NCBI RefSeq assembly: GCF_018977255.1
Contig: NW_024704762.1
Span: forward strand, 7,688,001-7,752,000
Reading direction: 5' to 3'
Source: Callorhinchus milii
Taxonomy: Eukaryota
Length of the DNA: 64,000 nt
Shown: in pieces, positions 24,776-36,345 of the stretch
Layout of the letters: each line of letters starts with the position of its first letter
Position numbering within the stretch: the first letter of the stretch is position 1
Made by a program: the position numbers and the translations under genes
The notes under the pieces: generated by a model
The model's input: only the letters and a program-made list of their open reading frames with translations
Database searches by the model: none
What the model was told of the DNA's origin: nothing

Positions 24776-25450
24776 ATAGTCCTTTCATTTGATACATTGC
24801 CTACAAGTAGGGAGGAGTAGGCATCCAATTTGCACACAGCAATTGGTCAAACAGTGACAAATTTTACTGGCAGATTCTAGGCTTGGACACCTCGGTAGAA
24901 ACTCTCTTCTCTTTCCTAATAGTGCCATCCACTTGAATGGTTAGACAGAACCCCAAACCATATTAAGATTTCTTGGAGACCTGGGGACCAAGAACGTTTG
25001 GGGTTCCTCCACAACCTGGAGACAAATAACCCCACCCCTGTTGGTTGCATTAGACAAGTGATATAATAATAATCCTTGCATTTGATATAGCGCTTTTCAT
25101 GTCTTCTAAATGTCTCAAAGCGCTTCACAGAATATACTGTAAAGTGAATTGACTATATATTTGTGGACGAAACGCGGCAGCCAATTAGTACAGCAGTGTT
25201 CCACAAACAGTTGTGGATTGAGTGACCAAATTATTATTATTATTATTTTTATTATTGTAAACTTTTGGGACTGACCCTCCTTGTAGCTTCCAAACTAACA
25301 GGAGACACTTGCTGAACAGGTTTTACAGGAGGTCAGAGGAGGTTGGACTAATCATGTTGCTTAACATAACACTTTGGGTTAAATTCCTGTCATTTAGTCT
25401 CATTCTCTGAATTTGGCACACCTCTTGAAGTAAGTAAGCATGTTATATAA

Positions 25451-25501
25451 GGAAAGAAAGGTAGAAAGAAAGGTAGAAAGAAAGGTAGAATGAGAGAGAA
25501 A

Positions 25502-25564
<63 letters not shown>

Positions 25565-25588
25565 GTAGAAAGGTAGAAAGGTAGAAAG
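25451..25588. repeat. (GAAA)n/(AGGTAGAA)n purine-rich satellite running into an N-gap
   Basis: Directly visible. Confidence 0.95.
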
Positions 25589-25877
25589 NNNNNNNNNNNN
25601 NNNNNNNNNNNNNNNNNNNNNNNNNNNNNNNNNNNNNNNNNNNNNNNNNNNNNNNNNNNNNNNNNNNNNNNNNNNNNNNNNNNNNNNNNNNNNNNNNNNN
25701 NNNNNNNNNNNNNNNNNNNNNNNNNNNNNNNNNNNNNNNNNNNNNNNNNNNNNNNNNNNNNNNNNNNNNNNNNNNNNNNNNNNNNNNNNNNNNNNNNNNN
25801 NNNNNNNNNNNNNNNNNNNNNNNNNNNNNNNNNNNNNNNNNNNNNNNNNNNNNNNNNTAATTCTCCTCAGGTGAAGA

Positions 25878-27011
25878 ATGAAGAAATTGTACAAGACACT
25901 CTTTGAAATGATTCTGCTCATGATGGTCGGGTCTTTTGGTATACTCTTTCTACTGTGCAGTCCAAAGGAATCAGCCACACACAGCCACGTTCAAAAGGCT
26001 GCCCTCAGGCGTGTACTCCTCCCAAAGTCTACCGTGACCAAAGCCAAGATAACAAAAACGGGATCCGTCTGCAAAGTAAATGCCTCCGTTCTCCAGCTTC
26101 CCGGCTTCTCTGAGCAGCTAGCCCACATCCAGGACTATCTGAAATACAGGCATTGCCGGGCATTTGAACTGCTCCGCAACCTTCCTGACAAATGTAGGGA
26201 GGAAGTCTTCTTGTTGCTGGTGGTAAAATCCAACCTGTTCAACTATAATCAGAGGGAGATGGTGAGGAAGACGTGGGGCAAGGAGCGGGAGATACAAGGG
26301 GTAAGAATCCGAAGGATCTTCATCGTGGCCCAGACCCCAAACCTGCAGGAACGGGGTAAAGCGAACCAACTGTTGGAAATAGAAAACAAGGAGCACCAGG
26401 ACATCCTGCAGTGGGATTTCCTGGACTCCTTCTTCAATCTAACCCTCAAACAGTATCTGTTCCTCCAATGGATGGATGATTACTGCCCATCCGCCCAGTT
26501 TATCTTCAACGGTGATGATGACGTCTTTGCTAACACTGACAACATGGTGGAGTTCCTGTTGTCCTCTGGGTCGGGCCAGAAGCATCTGTATGTGGGATAC
26601 CTCATTTATGGCGGCGGGCCTATACGTGAGAAATGGAGCAAGTATTTCATCCCCGAGATAGTGACCACCTCAAAATCCTACCCATCTTATGTTGCGGGAG
26701 GGGGCATACTCATGTCGTACTTCACCTCCAAAGCCATCTACAAAGCTTCCCAGACTCTGGAGCTGTATCCCATCGATGACGTGTTCTTTGGGATGTGCCT
26801 GGAAAAGGCTGGACTGAGCCCGAAGTCGCACATGGGCTTCAGGACGGCTGGTGTCAGAGATCCATCTTCGAATCGCATATCCTTTGATCCCTGCTTTTAC
26901 CGCGAGCTCCTGCTCGTCCACCGCTTCTGCCCTTACGAGTTGTTGCTCATGTGGAAAGCAGTTCATGACCCCAACCTGAAGTGTAGCCTATCGCAGGACA
27001 CCCCAACGTAG
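25878..27011 (+). CDS. B3GNT3: UDP-GlcNAc:betaGal beta-1,3-N-acetylglucosaminyltransferase (GT31), B3GNT3-like, paralog a copy 1; single coding exon
   Basis: 377 aa; N-terminal TM; YRHCR, FLLLVVKS, R..VRKTWG, DILQWDFLDSFFNLTLKQ, FNGDDDVF (NGDDD is typical of B3GNT3), YPSYVAGGG, PIDDVFFGMCL; splice acceptor ttctcctcAG at 25870, with the ATG 7 nt into the exon. Confidence 0.9.
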   Translation: MKKLYKTLFEMILLMMVGSFGILFLLCSPKESATHSHVQKAALRRVLLPKSTVTKAKITKTGSVCKVNASVLQLPGFSEQLAHIQDYLKYRHCRAFELLRNLPDKCREEVFLLLVVKSNLFNYNQREMVRKTWGKEREIQGVRIRRIFIVAQTPNLQERGKANQLLEIENKEHQDILQWDFLDSFFNLTLKQYLFLQWMDDYCPSAQFIFNGDDDVFANTDNMVEFLLSSGSGQKHLYVGYLIYGGGPIREKWSKYFIPEIVTTSKSYPSYVAGGGILMSYFTSKAIYKASQTLELYPIDDVFFGMCLEKAGLSPKSHMGFRTAGVRDPSSNRISFDPCFYRELLLVHRFCPYELLLMWKAVHDPNLKCSLSQDTPT

Positions 27012-28034
27012 CGGACCTGCTGCCATCTCAACAAGTCGGTTCCACCTCCTAAACACAGAGAAACCAACCTTAACGGCCGTGGACCTGAGGCTTCAAAGGA
27101 ACGTTGGTGCCTCTCGAGATTGGTTGGAGTTTTTCTACCAGTGATTGACTGGGAGTTGTGAGTTTTGCACTGGGATAGTTGCGAATTCCTCGCCTCCACA
27201 ATGTACTGACTTGATTTGTCACATTGCCATTTAATTGTCAGTCTCGTTGAGACTCTATCTCTGAGGTTTACTCTGTGAATGGTCTTACATCTGTACAGTA
27301 GTGAGACTTTGGGAGGGGGTGGGCTGTCGTGGCTGGGGTGTGTGGGAGGGGATTGGGGGGAGATACGGTGGGGAGAGAGATACAGGGGATGTTGGTATAT
27401 TAATTCTAGACACCATTCTCCTGCGAATGATACAACTTGGGGAACATGAGAGCAAATATTGCTTATTGCCCTGCTTTTTAAAAAAATATACAGTATATCA
27501 TGAAAACTTAAAGCCACTTGATTATTTTTCATAAAGAAGGGGGAGGTGGGCATTATCCCAGTGCACACTCAGCAATGGCTAGACAGCTTCTAGTGGAAAT
27601 TTCCTTCAGTCTGGAATGAAGAGAGAGCCATCAACATCCAGTCGAACTAGAAGTACCTGAACTGCTGTGGTTTTAATACATGGTCGCCACTAGATAATCA
27701 TAATAATAATAATCCTTGCATTTGATATACCACTTTTCATGTCTGTGGATGGCTCTGAAAAGCACAGCATACCTCTACTCTGCTGCTGCTCAGTAATAAT
27801 GTATAATAATCCTTACATTTGATATAGAGCCTTATCACATCTTCGAGATGTCTCAAAGCGCTTCACAGAATATTCTGTAAAGTGGATTGACTGGGAATTT
27901 TGTGGGGAAACGCGGCAGCCAATTGCGCACAACAGGGTCCCACAAACAGTCGAGGATTGAGTGACCAAATTATTATTTCATGTGAGACTCCCCTTGGTGT
28001 ATTTACTGTGATGGGACAGTTGTCATCTGCATAC

Positions 28035-28590
28035 TGTTGGGATCTCAACTCCCATTGTTCGAGTCAAAAGACCAGACAATAAAGTTTTGTGGCTAACTCA
28101 GTTGATTCAAATGTAAGCACAGCAAGAATACGTGCAACATACACTACCCAGTCCTGGAGCAGTCAGCGAGCTTTGGCCCTCCGCCCCTGTGTGCCTGGTT
28201 CCCTGCTGATTCTGCTGCTTTATGTCAACAATCTTTCAACTTTATACCTTTTTGTTTATCCAATTATCAGGCACGTAGGCCTTTTGCAACTGGGCAAAGA
28301 GTCAAGCGCTCTGTTACTTCTGTTTAGCCCAAGAACCGGGCATTTTGATTGCAAAACAGCTTGTATCCTCCCAAGGCCAATGATTGTCTTACTTCAACAT
28401 TTCATATTGACCATTTCTTCTTAACCAGACAAAAATAACTTATGTTATTAACAGATGCTGAGTGATGATTCAAGTACAAAATGGTATTATCCGCCATTTT
28501 GATTCATATAAACAAAATTAACAACTTAACCTTTACAATTTTATTCAGCTCTGCCTTGAAGTGTTTCATTACATATATCATATTCTAACA
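28035..28590 (-). repeat. 3' LTR (556 bp)
   Basis: Direct repeat of 34485-35033; TG...CA termini; TATAAAG on the minus strand near 28245. Confidence 0.93.
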
Positions 28591-28906
28591 GTCCCCACCT
28601 TGAGGGAGAAAGATCCTTCTTGATCCCTCACACATGGCTATGTTTTTTCGCAAGGCGGCAAGTTCATAACATTGAAGTTTAGACTGCATCTTAGTAGTAA
28701 AGGGGCGAAGGTAGGTTAAAGCAATCAGTAAGATAAGTAGTACAATAAGATGAGCAATTACAAAGGCATACGAGAATAAAGTAATCAATATGACGCCCAT
28801 CTATTGATGTCAGGATTTGTTTTCGTCCATGAAGCCAGAAAAGGTGTCCGATCCACAGGAACCGCAATAATTCTTTCACGTTCTTGGTCTTTTGCGCCTT
28901 CAGCTT
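28591..28906 (-). pseudogene. env-like remnant (splice acceptor + transmembrane segment + tail)
   Basis: Acceptor tgcttgatttattttgcAG at 28907 just after the pol stop; hydrophobic ILITLFSYAFVIAHLIVLLILLIALTYL followed by a basic tail running into the PPT. Confidence 0.4.
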
Positions 28907-28937
28907 CTGCAAAATAAATCAAGCACAGTATCTTTAA

Positions 28938-31420
28938 TTATTCCTTAGCAGTTTTCAATTGATTAATATGATGCCATCGTCCAATTTTCCCATTTCCTTT
29001 TTTAGAGGAAATTGTATCAAATATACCGATGGATTGGCTTTGTCAATGATGGGAAATGGCCCTTTCCATTTAGGATCGAATGGCCCACCTTTGTTGCCAT
29101 AATCCCGAACCATTACGTTATTCCCAATTTGATATTCAAACGTTTTTACTGTTTTGTCAAAATGCTTTTTCGTTTGTACTGTAGATTTTCCCGTGTTAGT
29201 GGCTACAAAGGTATTGTATTTTCGTCACCCAATTTTCACTAACTACTCCAAGTGTCAGAGGGGTGCAGGTAGGTATGATACTATGGCCCAGAATGCGCAT
29301 TACCCTGCCTGTCATTGCCTGGTGCGGGGATATTCCGATAGTGGAATGGGGCATGGCCCCTAAGACCATCCAACACATTGGTAACATCTGAGCCCATTTT
29401 GTGGGATCCGCACAATACTTTTTCAATAACATTTTAAGGGACCTGTTTCCCCTTTCCACCACTCCTGACGATTGAGGGTGGTGGGCAATATGGAATTTCT
29501 GTGCTATTCCCAGCATATGTTGCAATTCAGTAAAGATTCATCCTGTAAGATGTGACCCCTGATCACTATCTGCCTGTACAGGCAGTCCCCACCTGCAGAT
29601 CACCTCACAAAGTAGTACCTTGGCCGCATATAGGGCTGTGTTAATGTGAGTGGGGAACGCTTTGATCCATTTGGTGAATTTATCCAGTACAACTAAGCAG
29701 TATTTGTATTCACCTTGTACTTGGGGTAAGGGGCTTATATAGTCAATTTGGAGGTGTGCCCAAGGACCGTCAGGAGGAGGAGCTGAAAGGACAGCCCTAT
29801 TGAATGAGGGACCTGGGTTGTGTTGAAGGCACACAAGACATCGTTGGGTGGTTGGGCCACATCTAATTGACTGCAGGCCACCATGCAGTGGTAAGAATCT
29901 TTGCAGTAGTGGAATCGGTTGACATGTGGCCACCTGTTGGGTGAGTGTGGAACAGATGGAATAAATCCTCCGAAAAGGGCGGATGGTACATACACAACCA
30001 AAGGCTTGTCTACGGCGCCTGCATACATCAAGACATGTCCGGTCCCGAAACACTCGTTGTGAGGTAGCCCATGAGGTAGGTTGTGGCAGAGGGCAATTCT
30101 GATCATGCCATGCTTTAACATTACAGTAGGGCTCCCAATGATTCTGGATTGAGACGAGATCATCGGTAGTCATTTTTTGTCTTTGGACCGCCATCACTTG
30201 ATATAGATCAGTTGGTGGTGTGGTCCGCCTGTGTATTTTCCCTTATGTGTTTGGAGTCTATTTTGGAATGTCCCTTCACTTTGGACAGACATAAGGGTGT
30301 CTGTCTATCCTGGAGAGTCTTCCAAATCGTCGCCAGGAGGGATCGATGGGTGAGGGCCTTCCCGTCAGGTACCATCTGAGCCCTGAGGTGTTCCTCTTTA
30401 GTTTCGGTAACAATCAAAATGTCATCAATGTATTGTAAAACCTCTGGACTTTTGCAGGGTCTAAGGACTTCAGTCATTCACTTGGGGAAAACAGTTATGG
30501 AGAGTTATGGAACCCCTGAGGTAACCTAACCCAGGGGTACTGGCGGTCTTGGAAAGTGAATGTAAATTTGTATTGGCCTTCTTTTTGGATGGGAATGCTC
30601 CAGAAACCATTTGAAATATCTAAGGTGGAAAACCAGCGACCCCCCCCTCCTCCACCCTTTGGGTACTTGGGACCAGAGAGTGGGAGAATCACTCACCACC
30701 GGGGAGGAAGCCGGAGCGATAGCATTCAATTTACGGTAATCGATAGTAAGACACCAACTGCCGTCAGGCCAAGTAGAGGAGTTGGTGGTGAAAGTGCCTT
30801 CTCGGATCACCCCTTGCTCTAATAAAGAGGAAATAGTGTCCTCCACATCGGGATGACTTTCGATGGGGATAGGATGCTGCTTAGCTGTCCCCTGGGACGG
30901 TCTGTTAATGCCTTTGTCCCCCTTTAGAAGGCCACAGTCATATTTATGGCGGGTGATCGCACTTAGATTATCAGCCAACACTTGCTGCACCTCCAAGTCT
31001 GTGTGTTCGGGTGGAGGGTAAGACTCAGGCTTTTTTACCGCGACGACAGACAATACATCAGATATCACGTGTGGGCCATAACCTGCATTATTGCCTCGCA
31101 CCCAAAGGCATTCGTTAGCATAATCTACAGTAACTGCGTATTGGCACATAGCATCAGACCCAAACAGACCTCGACCATTAGGCATAGGCATTGCCACCAC
31201 ATCTCGCAAACACATCTGGATGTTTCCAGCCATTAAATGAACCTGGCTTAATTGCATCGCATTCTGAGTCGCCCCCATTAAACCCACTTAAAGATTCCCA
31301 TTTCCCCCTTGGTTCCTGGATAGTTTTTGAGGTTCAGGGGTTTGTGAAATGGTGACATTCGCCTCAGAGTCAACCAAGAGCAATTGCTGAGGGGCCCCTT
31401 TGTACGCGAACGATGATACA
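28938..31420 (-). pseudogene. pro-pol of the provirus (frameshifted, internal deletion between RT and RNase H)
   Basis: Protease LLVDSEA; RT TIDYRKLN, TLDISNGFWSIPI, RLPQGFHNSP, YIDD; RNase H KVKGHS..NTQAD; integrase CLVC, LQIDYI, DSDQGSH, HPQSSGVVERGN; GPF module PKWKGPFPI..WHHINQLK, TAA at 28938-28940. Confidence 0.88.
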
Positions 31421-32171
31421 AGGACGATTATCCCGAGTTGGGAGGAACTTAATGCATCCCGAGCTCGGGCTCGCAGGGCCCCAGATCCTGTCAATGTGGC
31501 ACCTCCGTTGGAGGAGCGTAAGGGGTGGTGGAATTAACTTCTGCCACCTGACGAGTAGAGCTCCCCCCCGCGTAACCTGCTTGGCAGTTAATAACACCAC
31601 AAGTTTTTCCAATGTATCTTGTAACGGGTCTGGGCGTTTGGAGCCACCTGTTGGCTGATCAGGATAATCCCTGGACTAGTGTCCATCCCGTCCGCAATGG
31701 TAACAGGCGCAATCACTGGTCCCTTGTCCAGCGTCAGCGCGCCGGAACCCGGTGCCGTTTCGTCGACCACGTCCGCGGCCAAAACCCGCTCTATTTGACT
31801 TTCAGTTAGAGTGTGAGGGGTCCTCCACCTCACACACTTGCTTTTTCACCTGCACTTCACAGCGCCTAACCTAGTTTATCAGCCTGACAGACTTTAACCA
31901 ACAACTCATCCCAAAGGGTCTTAGTGGACACTGAGGCCAAGACCCCAAGCGCGGTTTTAGTCTTTTCACTCAGCTTATCCAAAAAGGTTCGCTTATATTG
32001 GCGGGAGTCTCGGAATGTCATGCCCACCTGTGCATTTTGCTGGGACAGTTCGTAAGTCTGATGGAGGCAAGCCTCAAACATTTGAGTTGTTTCACCCCTT
32101 CTTTGGGGTGCATTGATGTACCTGATCCATGACATTCAAATTATTCAGCGCCAGCACATTTAGAATGTCAT

Positions 32172-32785
32172 TTAGAACTTCTCCGCCACTTCCTCACCCC
32201 TCAGACCGCTGAAACTCTTGTTCATGCCTTCATCACATCCAAGCTCGTCTATGCAAACGTCCTGCTTGTCGGCCTTCCCGACTCCTCCCTCCATAGACTG
32301 CAGATAATCCACAACTCTGCAGCCCATGTCCTCTCCCGCACCAAACTCCGTGACCCCATCTCCCCCATTCTCGCCCGTCCTCACCTACAAAACCCTCCAT
32401 GGCCTCGCCCCACCCTACTTCTGCGACTTCCTAACCCCCTATCAACCCTCCCACTCCCTCCGCTCAACTGGCTCCGACTTGCTCTATGTCCCCTGACCCA
32501 CCCGCCCCACTATTGGCGGGAGAACCTTCAGTCACTCTGCCCCCAACCTCTGGAATTCCATCCCCCAGTCACTCCGCCTCACCCCCTCCTTAGCCTCCTT
32601 CAAGTCCCGCCTCAAGACCTTCCTCTTCGACCATGCCATCGGCCACCTCCCCCCTTCCCCTCCCCTCTCTTCTCCCCCCCCNGATCCCAGCTCGGGTCTG
32701 CAATGCTGTACATTGTCCAGCGCCTTGGGACGTCCTCCCGACATGAAAGGCGCTATACAAATGTAATCTTGTTGTTGTTGTTGTT
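32172..32785 (+). mobile_element. L2 3' fragment nested in proviral gag
   Basis: gctgaaactcttgttcatgccttcatcacatcc...gggacgtcctcccgacatgaaaggcgc + (TTG)n tail. Confidence 0.85.
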
Positions 32786-33531
32786 CGTGTTGGGTGGCGG
32801 CAGGCAACCGAGTAGCCGCTTGCAACTGTCCTTTAATGTTAGGCATTGAAGGCAGTTAGGAGCGCTCGTTTGCAATTAGAGGCGGACAATTCTGGGTGAG
32901 TAGCGACAAAGTAGTCCCGCGTATTTTGTAATTCAAGAGGGCTTCTTTCATCAGTAATCATAGAAATCGCCTGTACTAATGCCTGGCACTCACCATGGTT
33001 AATGGGTCTTTCCTCCTCATACAGGGCTGTTACGGCATGCGTTATGGGGTTAGTGCGGGCATTTCGATATACCACTTCTATCTTTCGGTGGCCCGGGCAT
33101 TGAGGCTTAATCGGGTTGCCCCCCAACAGTAGTTTGGCGTATCCTCGCGATAATTGGCCGCCTTATCCTCCAGGCTATCCCGCCCTACATCATAATCATT
33201 ATCTCCTCTCGTTACTGCAACTATGACTGCCTGACGTTGCCCTAGCTTACGCTGCAAATCTTTGATCTGAGCCTGGCATCTAGTATGATCGTCGGTTCCC
33301 GTCCCGATTTATTTTAATTCTTCTCCTGGCACCCCTCGAGGGTCACTCAGCTCCTTCTGCAATCGACTAATCTGCTGATCCTTTGCTCTCACTTTCCCTT
33401 TCTCTTTCTTTCTGTTCTTCTTTAGCTGCCCTTTGCCAAGTTAACAACAGCCTGCTGCTCCCCCACACGACAGTTCAATTCAGCAATTCTCTTGTACCCG
33501 ACCCCTCAACTCTCTTACAGTTTCTTGGTAT

Positions 33532-34086
33532 TGTTTGGATTTCCGATCCCACAGCCCAAAATTTGACTCGACAATCCAAATATGGTGTAGCAAGGTTTAT
33601 TATGAACAGAGTGAACACAACATGTATTAACATATTACAACGTCACGGAAAATCTTCCTTGTGATTCTTAAAGGGAACTCTCCAAACTGGTCTCTCTCTC
33701 TCTCTCTCTCTGGAGCCTTCCTGTTCTTCTAACCTAGAGGTGTGATAGTTATACCCTTTCTTCAAGTGTCCTTCCTATGGCCCCTCTACCCCTTCCTGAT
33801 ACAGTCACGTACTCACGTTGATCAATCATTTGGCTTGGTGCCAACCTGACTGAGTCTCCCCATGGTCTTCCCTTTGTCCTGTCTAAGATAGGAGATTGAT
33901 CAGTTTAGGGCTTTATCTGGTGCTTATTATTTTATTATGTGGGATCATTACTGTATTCCTTTTATGTGACTGGTTATTTCTTATTAGTATCCTAGTTTAA
34001 GTCCTCTCGTTTAAACAACTTGCTCATCAGTTGCTATTCTTGAGGGTTGCCTTTTGTCGCTTGGCAGGGCCTGTCAGAATCAAGCT
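33532..34086 (-). mobile_element. Possible second-family LTR fragment nested in gag
   Basis: Starts TG on plus; minus strand has TATAA (about 33750), (GA)n and AATAAA (about 33600) in LTR order; interrupts gag-like coding sequence. Confidence 0.4.
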
Positions 34087-34255
34087 ACGACTGTTTGTGG
34101 GACACTGCTGTGCGCAATTGGCTGCCGCGTTCGCCCACAAATATACAGTCAATTCACTTTACAGTGTGTTCTGTGAAGCGCTTTGGGACGTCCTCCCGAC
34201 GTGAAAAGCGCTATATCAAATGCAAGGATTATTATTATTATTATTATTATTATTA
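34087..34255 (+). mobile_element. Young SINE 3' part nested in the provirus
   Basis: SINE body with a long (TTA)n tail. Confidence 0.88.
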
Positions 34256-34484
34256 CATTTGTTTAATGTTTCATTCTTCTCATTTTTGACGCCTTCTTCC
34301 TTAAGGCATCCCGCTTGCATCTCTTTCTCAACCCTTTCTCGGGCTTGAGTATAAGGGTCTTGTGCACTCACTATACCCATTCCATTGCCTTTTACAGAAC
34401 CTTTAATCTTCTCCTCGTACTTTTCCCATGCCCTCGTCATATTGAATAATTTAGTTAGTCACTTGTCTGCCGCGGTTGCCAATT

Positions 34485-35033
34485 TGTTGGGATCTCAACT
34501 CCCGAGTCAAAAGACCAGACAATAAAGTTTTGTGGCTAACTCAGTTGATTCAAATGTAAGCACAGCAAGAATACGTGCAACATACACTACCCGGTCCTGG
34601 AGCAGTCAGCGAGCTTTGGCCCTCCGCCCCTGTGTGCCTGGTTCCCTGCTGATTCTGCTGCTTTATGTCAACAATCTTTCAACTTTATACCTTTTTGTTT
34701 ATCCAATTATCAGGCACGTAGGCCTTTTGCAACTGGGCAAAGAGTCAAGCGCTCTGTTACTTCTGTTTAGCCCAAGAACCGGGCATTTTGATTGCAAGAC
34801 AGCTTGTATCCTCCCAAGGCCAATGATTGTCTTAATTCAACATTTCATGTTGACCATTTCTTCTTAACCAGACAAAAATAACTTATGTTATTAACAGATG
34901 CTGAGTGATGGTTCGAGTACAAAATGGTATTATCCGCCATTTTGATTCATATAAACAAAATTAACAACTTAACCTTTACAATTTTATTCAGCTCTGCCTT
35001 GAAGTGTTTCATTACATATATCATATTCTAACA
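34485..35033 (-). repeat. 5' LTR (549 bp)
   Basis: Differs from the 3' LTR by a 7-bp indel and about 6 substitutions (counted by eye). Confidence 0.93.
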
Positions 35034-35508
35034 ATACTTTGTTTATTTGTTAACCCAGATCTCACAAAGCTGAGATGTATTAATTCTTGCTTCCTCTATG
35101 GATTCACCAGCGTATAAATCTTTGTAATTCCTATACCATGTCTGGTGAAGGTTGGATTTGTGCATTTTTGGAATGGAAAATAAACCTTTGAAGGGATTAT
35201 TCTGCTCCTTTGTCTGTCTTCCTCTTATACTTCTCTTGGTGAGGTAGAGTTCAGCCTAGCGTTTCCATTTCTATAGTGCCCTTCACACGGAATAGCATCT
35301 CAGAGCACTGCAGTGTGGCAGGGTTGGATGTCAAGCAAAGGGGAGCATGGGGTTGACCAGCGATGCGGTTGGAGAGATGAATCCTAATATACAGTCAATT
35401 CATTTTACAGTATATCCTGTGAAGTGCTTTGAGACATCTCAACAACGTGATAAGGCGCTATATCAACTGTAAGGATTCTAATTATTAGTAGTAAAGCATA
35501 GAGGAGGT

Positions 35509-35845
35509 AATAATAATAATAATAATAATAATCCTTGCATTTGATATAGCGCTTTTCACGTCGGGAGGACGTCCCAAAGCGCTTCACAGAACATACTGCA
35601 AAGTGAATTGACTGTATATTTGTGGGCGAACGCGGCAGCCAATTGCGCACAGCAGTGTCCCACAAACAGTCATAGATTGAAAATGACCAATTAATTATTG
35701 TTTTTGGTTTTTTTTTGAAGGGATTATTATTAGGCTCTGTGTGGAGTAAGGAAACTTGCCCAAGGTTTCGCCCTCTGCCTGGAATTGAACTCAGGTCTCT
35801 CACTTGCAAAGCGAGTGCTCTAACCACTGAGCTACAGGACGCCAC
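35509..35845 (-). mobile_element. Full-length young tRNA-Ala-derived SINE
   Basis: A box TAGCTCAGTGG, TGC anticodon-like loop (gctTTGCAAg), B box GAGTTCAATTCC, (TTA)n tail; absent from unit 2. Confidence 0.92.
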
Positions 35846-36345
35846 GATTACTAGTTGCCTTCACTTGTCCTCTTCCCACTTACCACTCCTTCTTCGTTGA
35901 TACTGATCTAAGTCAATGTGAGTTAGTGTGAATATGTGTGGTAGAAAAATGTCACCAAAGAAAATAAATTAGTACATGAGGGAGAAAGGAATAGAAAGTT
36001 ATGCTGATAGGTTTAGTTGAGGAAGGTCAGCAGGAGGCTCATGTGGAACATAAACATGACCAATTGGGCCGAATGACCTGTTTCTGTGCCGTGTATTCCA
36101 TGTAATTCTATGACAAGATAGTTTGCCTTAATTAGTAGTAATATTGAGAATTATCGTAATGTTGACATGTGTTCCGCCCCGAAATATACAGTCAATTCAC
36201 TTTACAATATAAAGTTCACAAACACAGAGGTTGCGAGTATATTTTCTGGTAGAAAATGCCTAGATTTTTCATAGTACCATTGTAGTAAAGCTCTGCCTTC
36301 CCTAACAAACAAACACCTTTGGAATTTCCGTGTATAGGTGGGATA

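Larger units (their letters stand above)
31500..34440 (-). pseudogene. gag of the provirus (degenerate, interrupted by L2, SINE and LTR-like inserts)
   Basis: ATG at 34440 shortly after the PBS; charged coiled-coil-like N-terminal region (KDQQISRLQKEL, DHTRCQAQIKDLQRKL); capsid-like QRRGETTQMFEACL. Confidence 0.6.
28035..35033 (-). mobile_element. Defective LTR retroelement / endogenous retrovirus (foamy- or lokiretrovirus-like)
   Basis: Two ~550-bp LTRs bounded TGTT...AACA, 4-bp TSD ATAC (28031-28034, 35034-35037), PBS-like TGGCAACCGCGGCAG after the 5' LTR, PPT AAGGTGGGGAC before the 3' LTR, gag-pro-RT-RH-IN order. Confidence 0.92.

Noticed and set aside
26118-27568. Minus-strand ORFs overlapping B3GNT and its 3' flank (and copies near 49868-51318)
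   Set aside because: Shadow frames of a coding exon with no recognisable motifs.
28089-28424. 111-aa ORF repeated three times (also 34532, 51840)
   Set aside because: Antisense frame within the LTR with a GTG start; the repetition is explained by LTR copies.
35770-35845. tRNA-Ala-like sequence (also about 36575-36652, 53687-53764, 8194-8270)
   Set aside because: These are SINE heads continuous with SINE bodies and tails; there is no proper acceptor stem or terminator.
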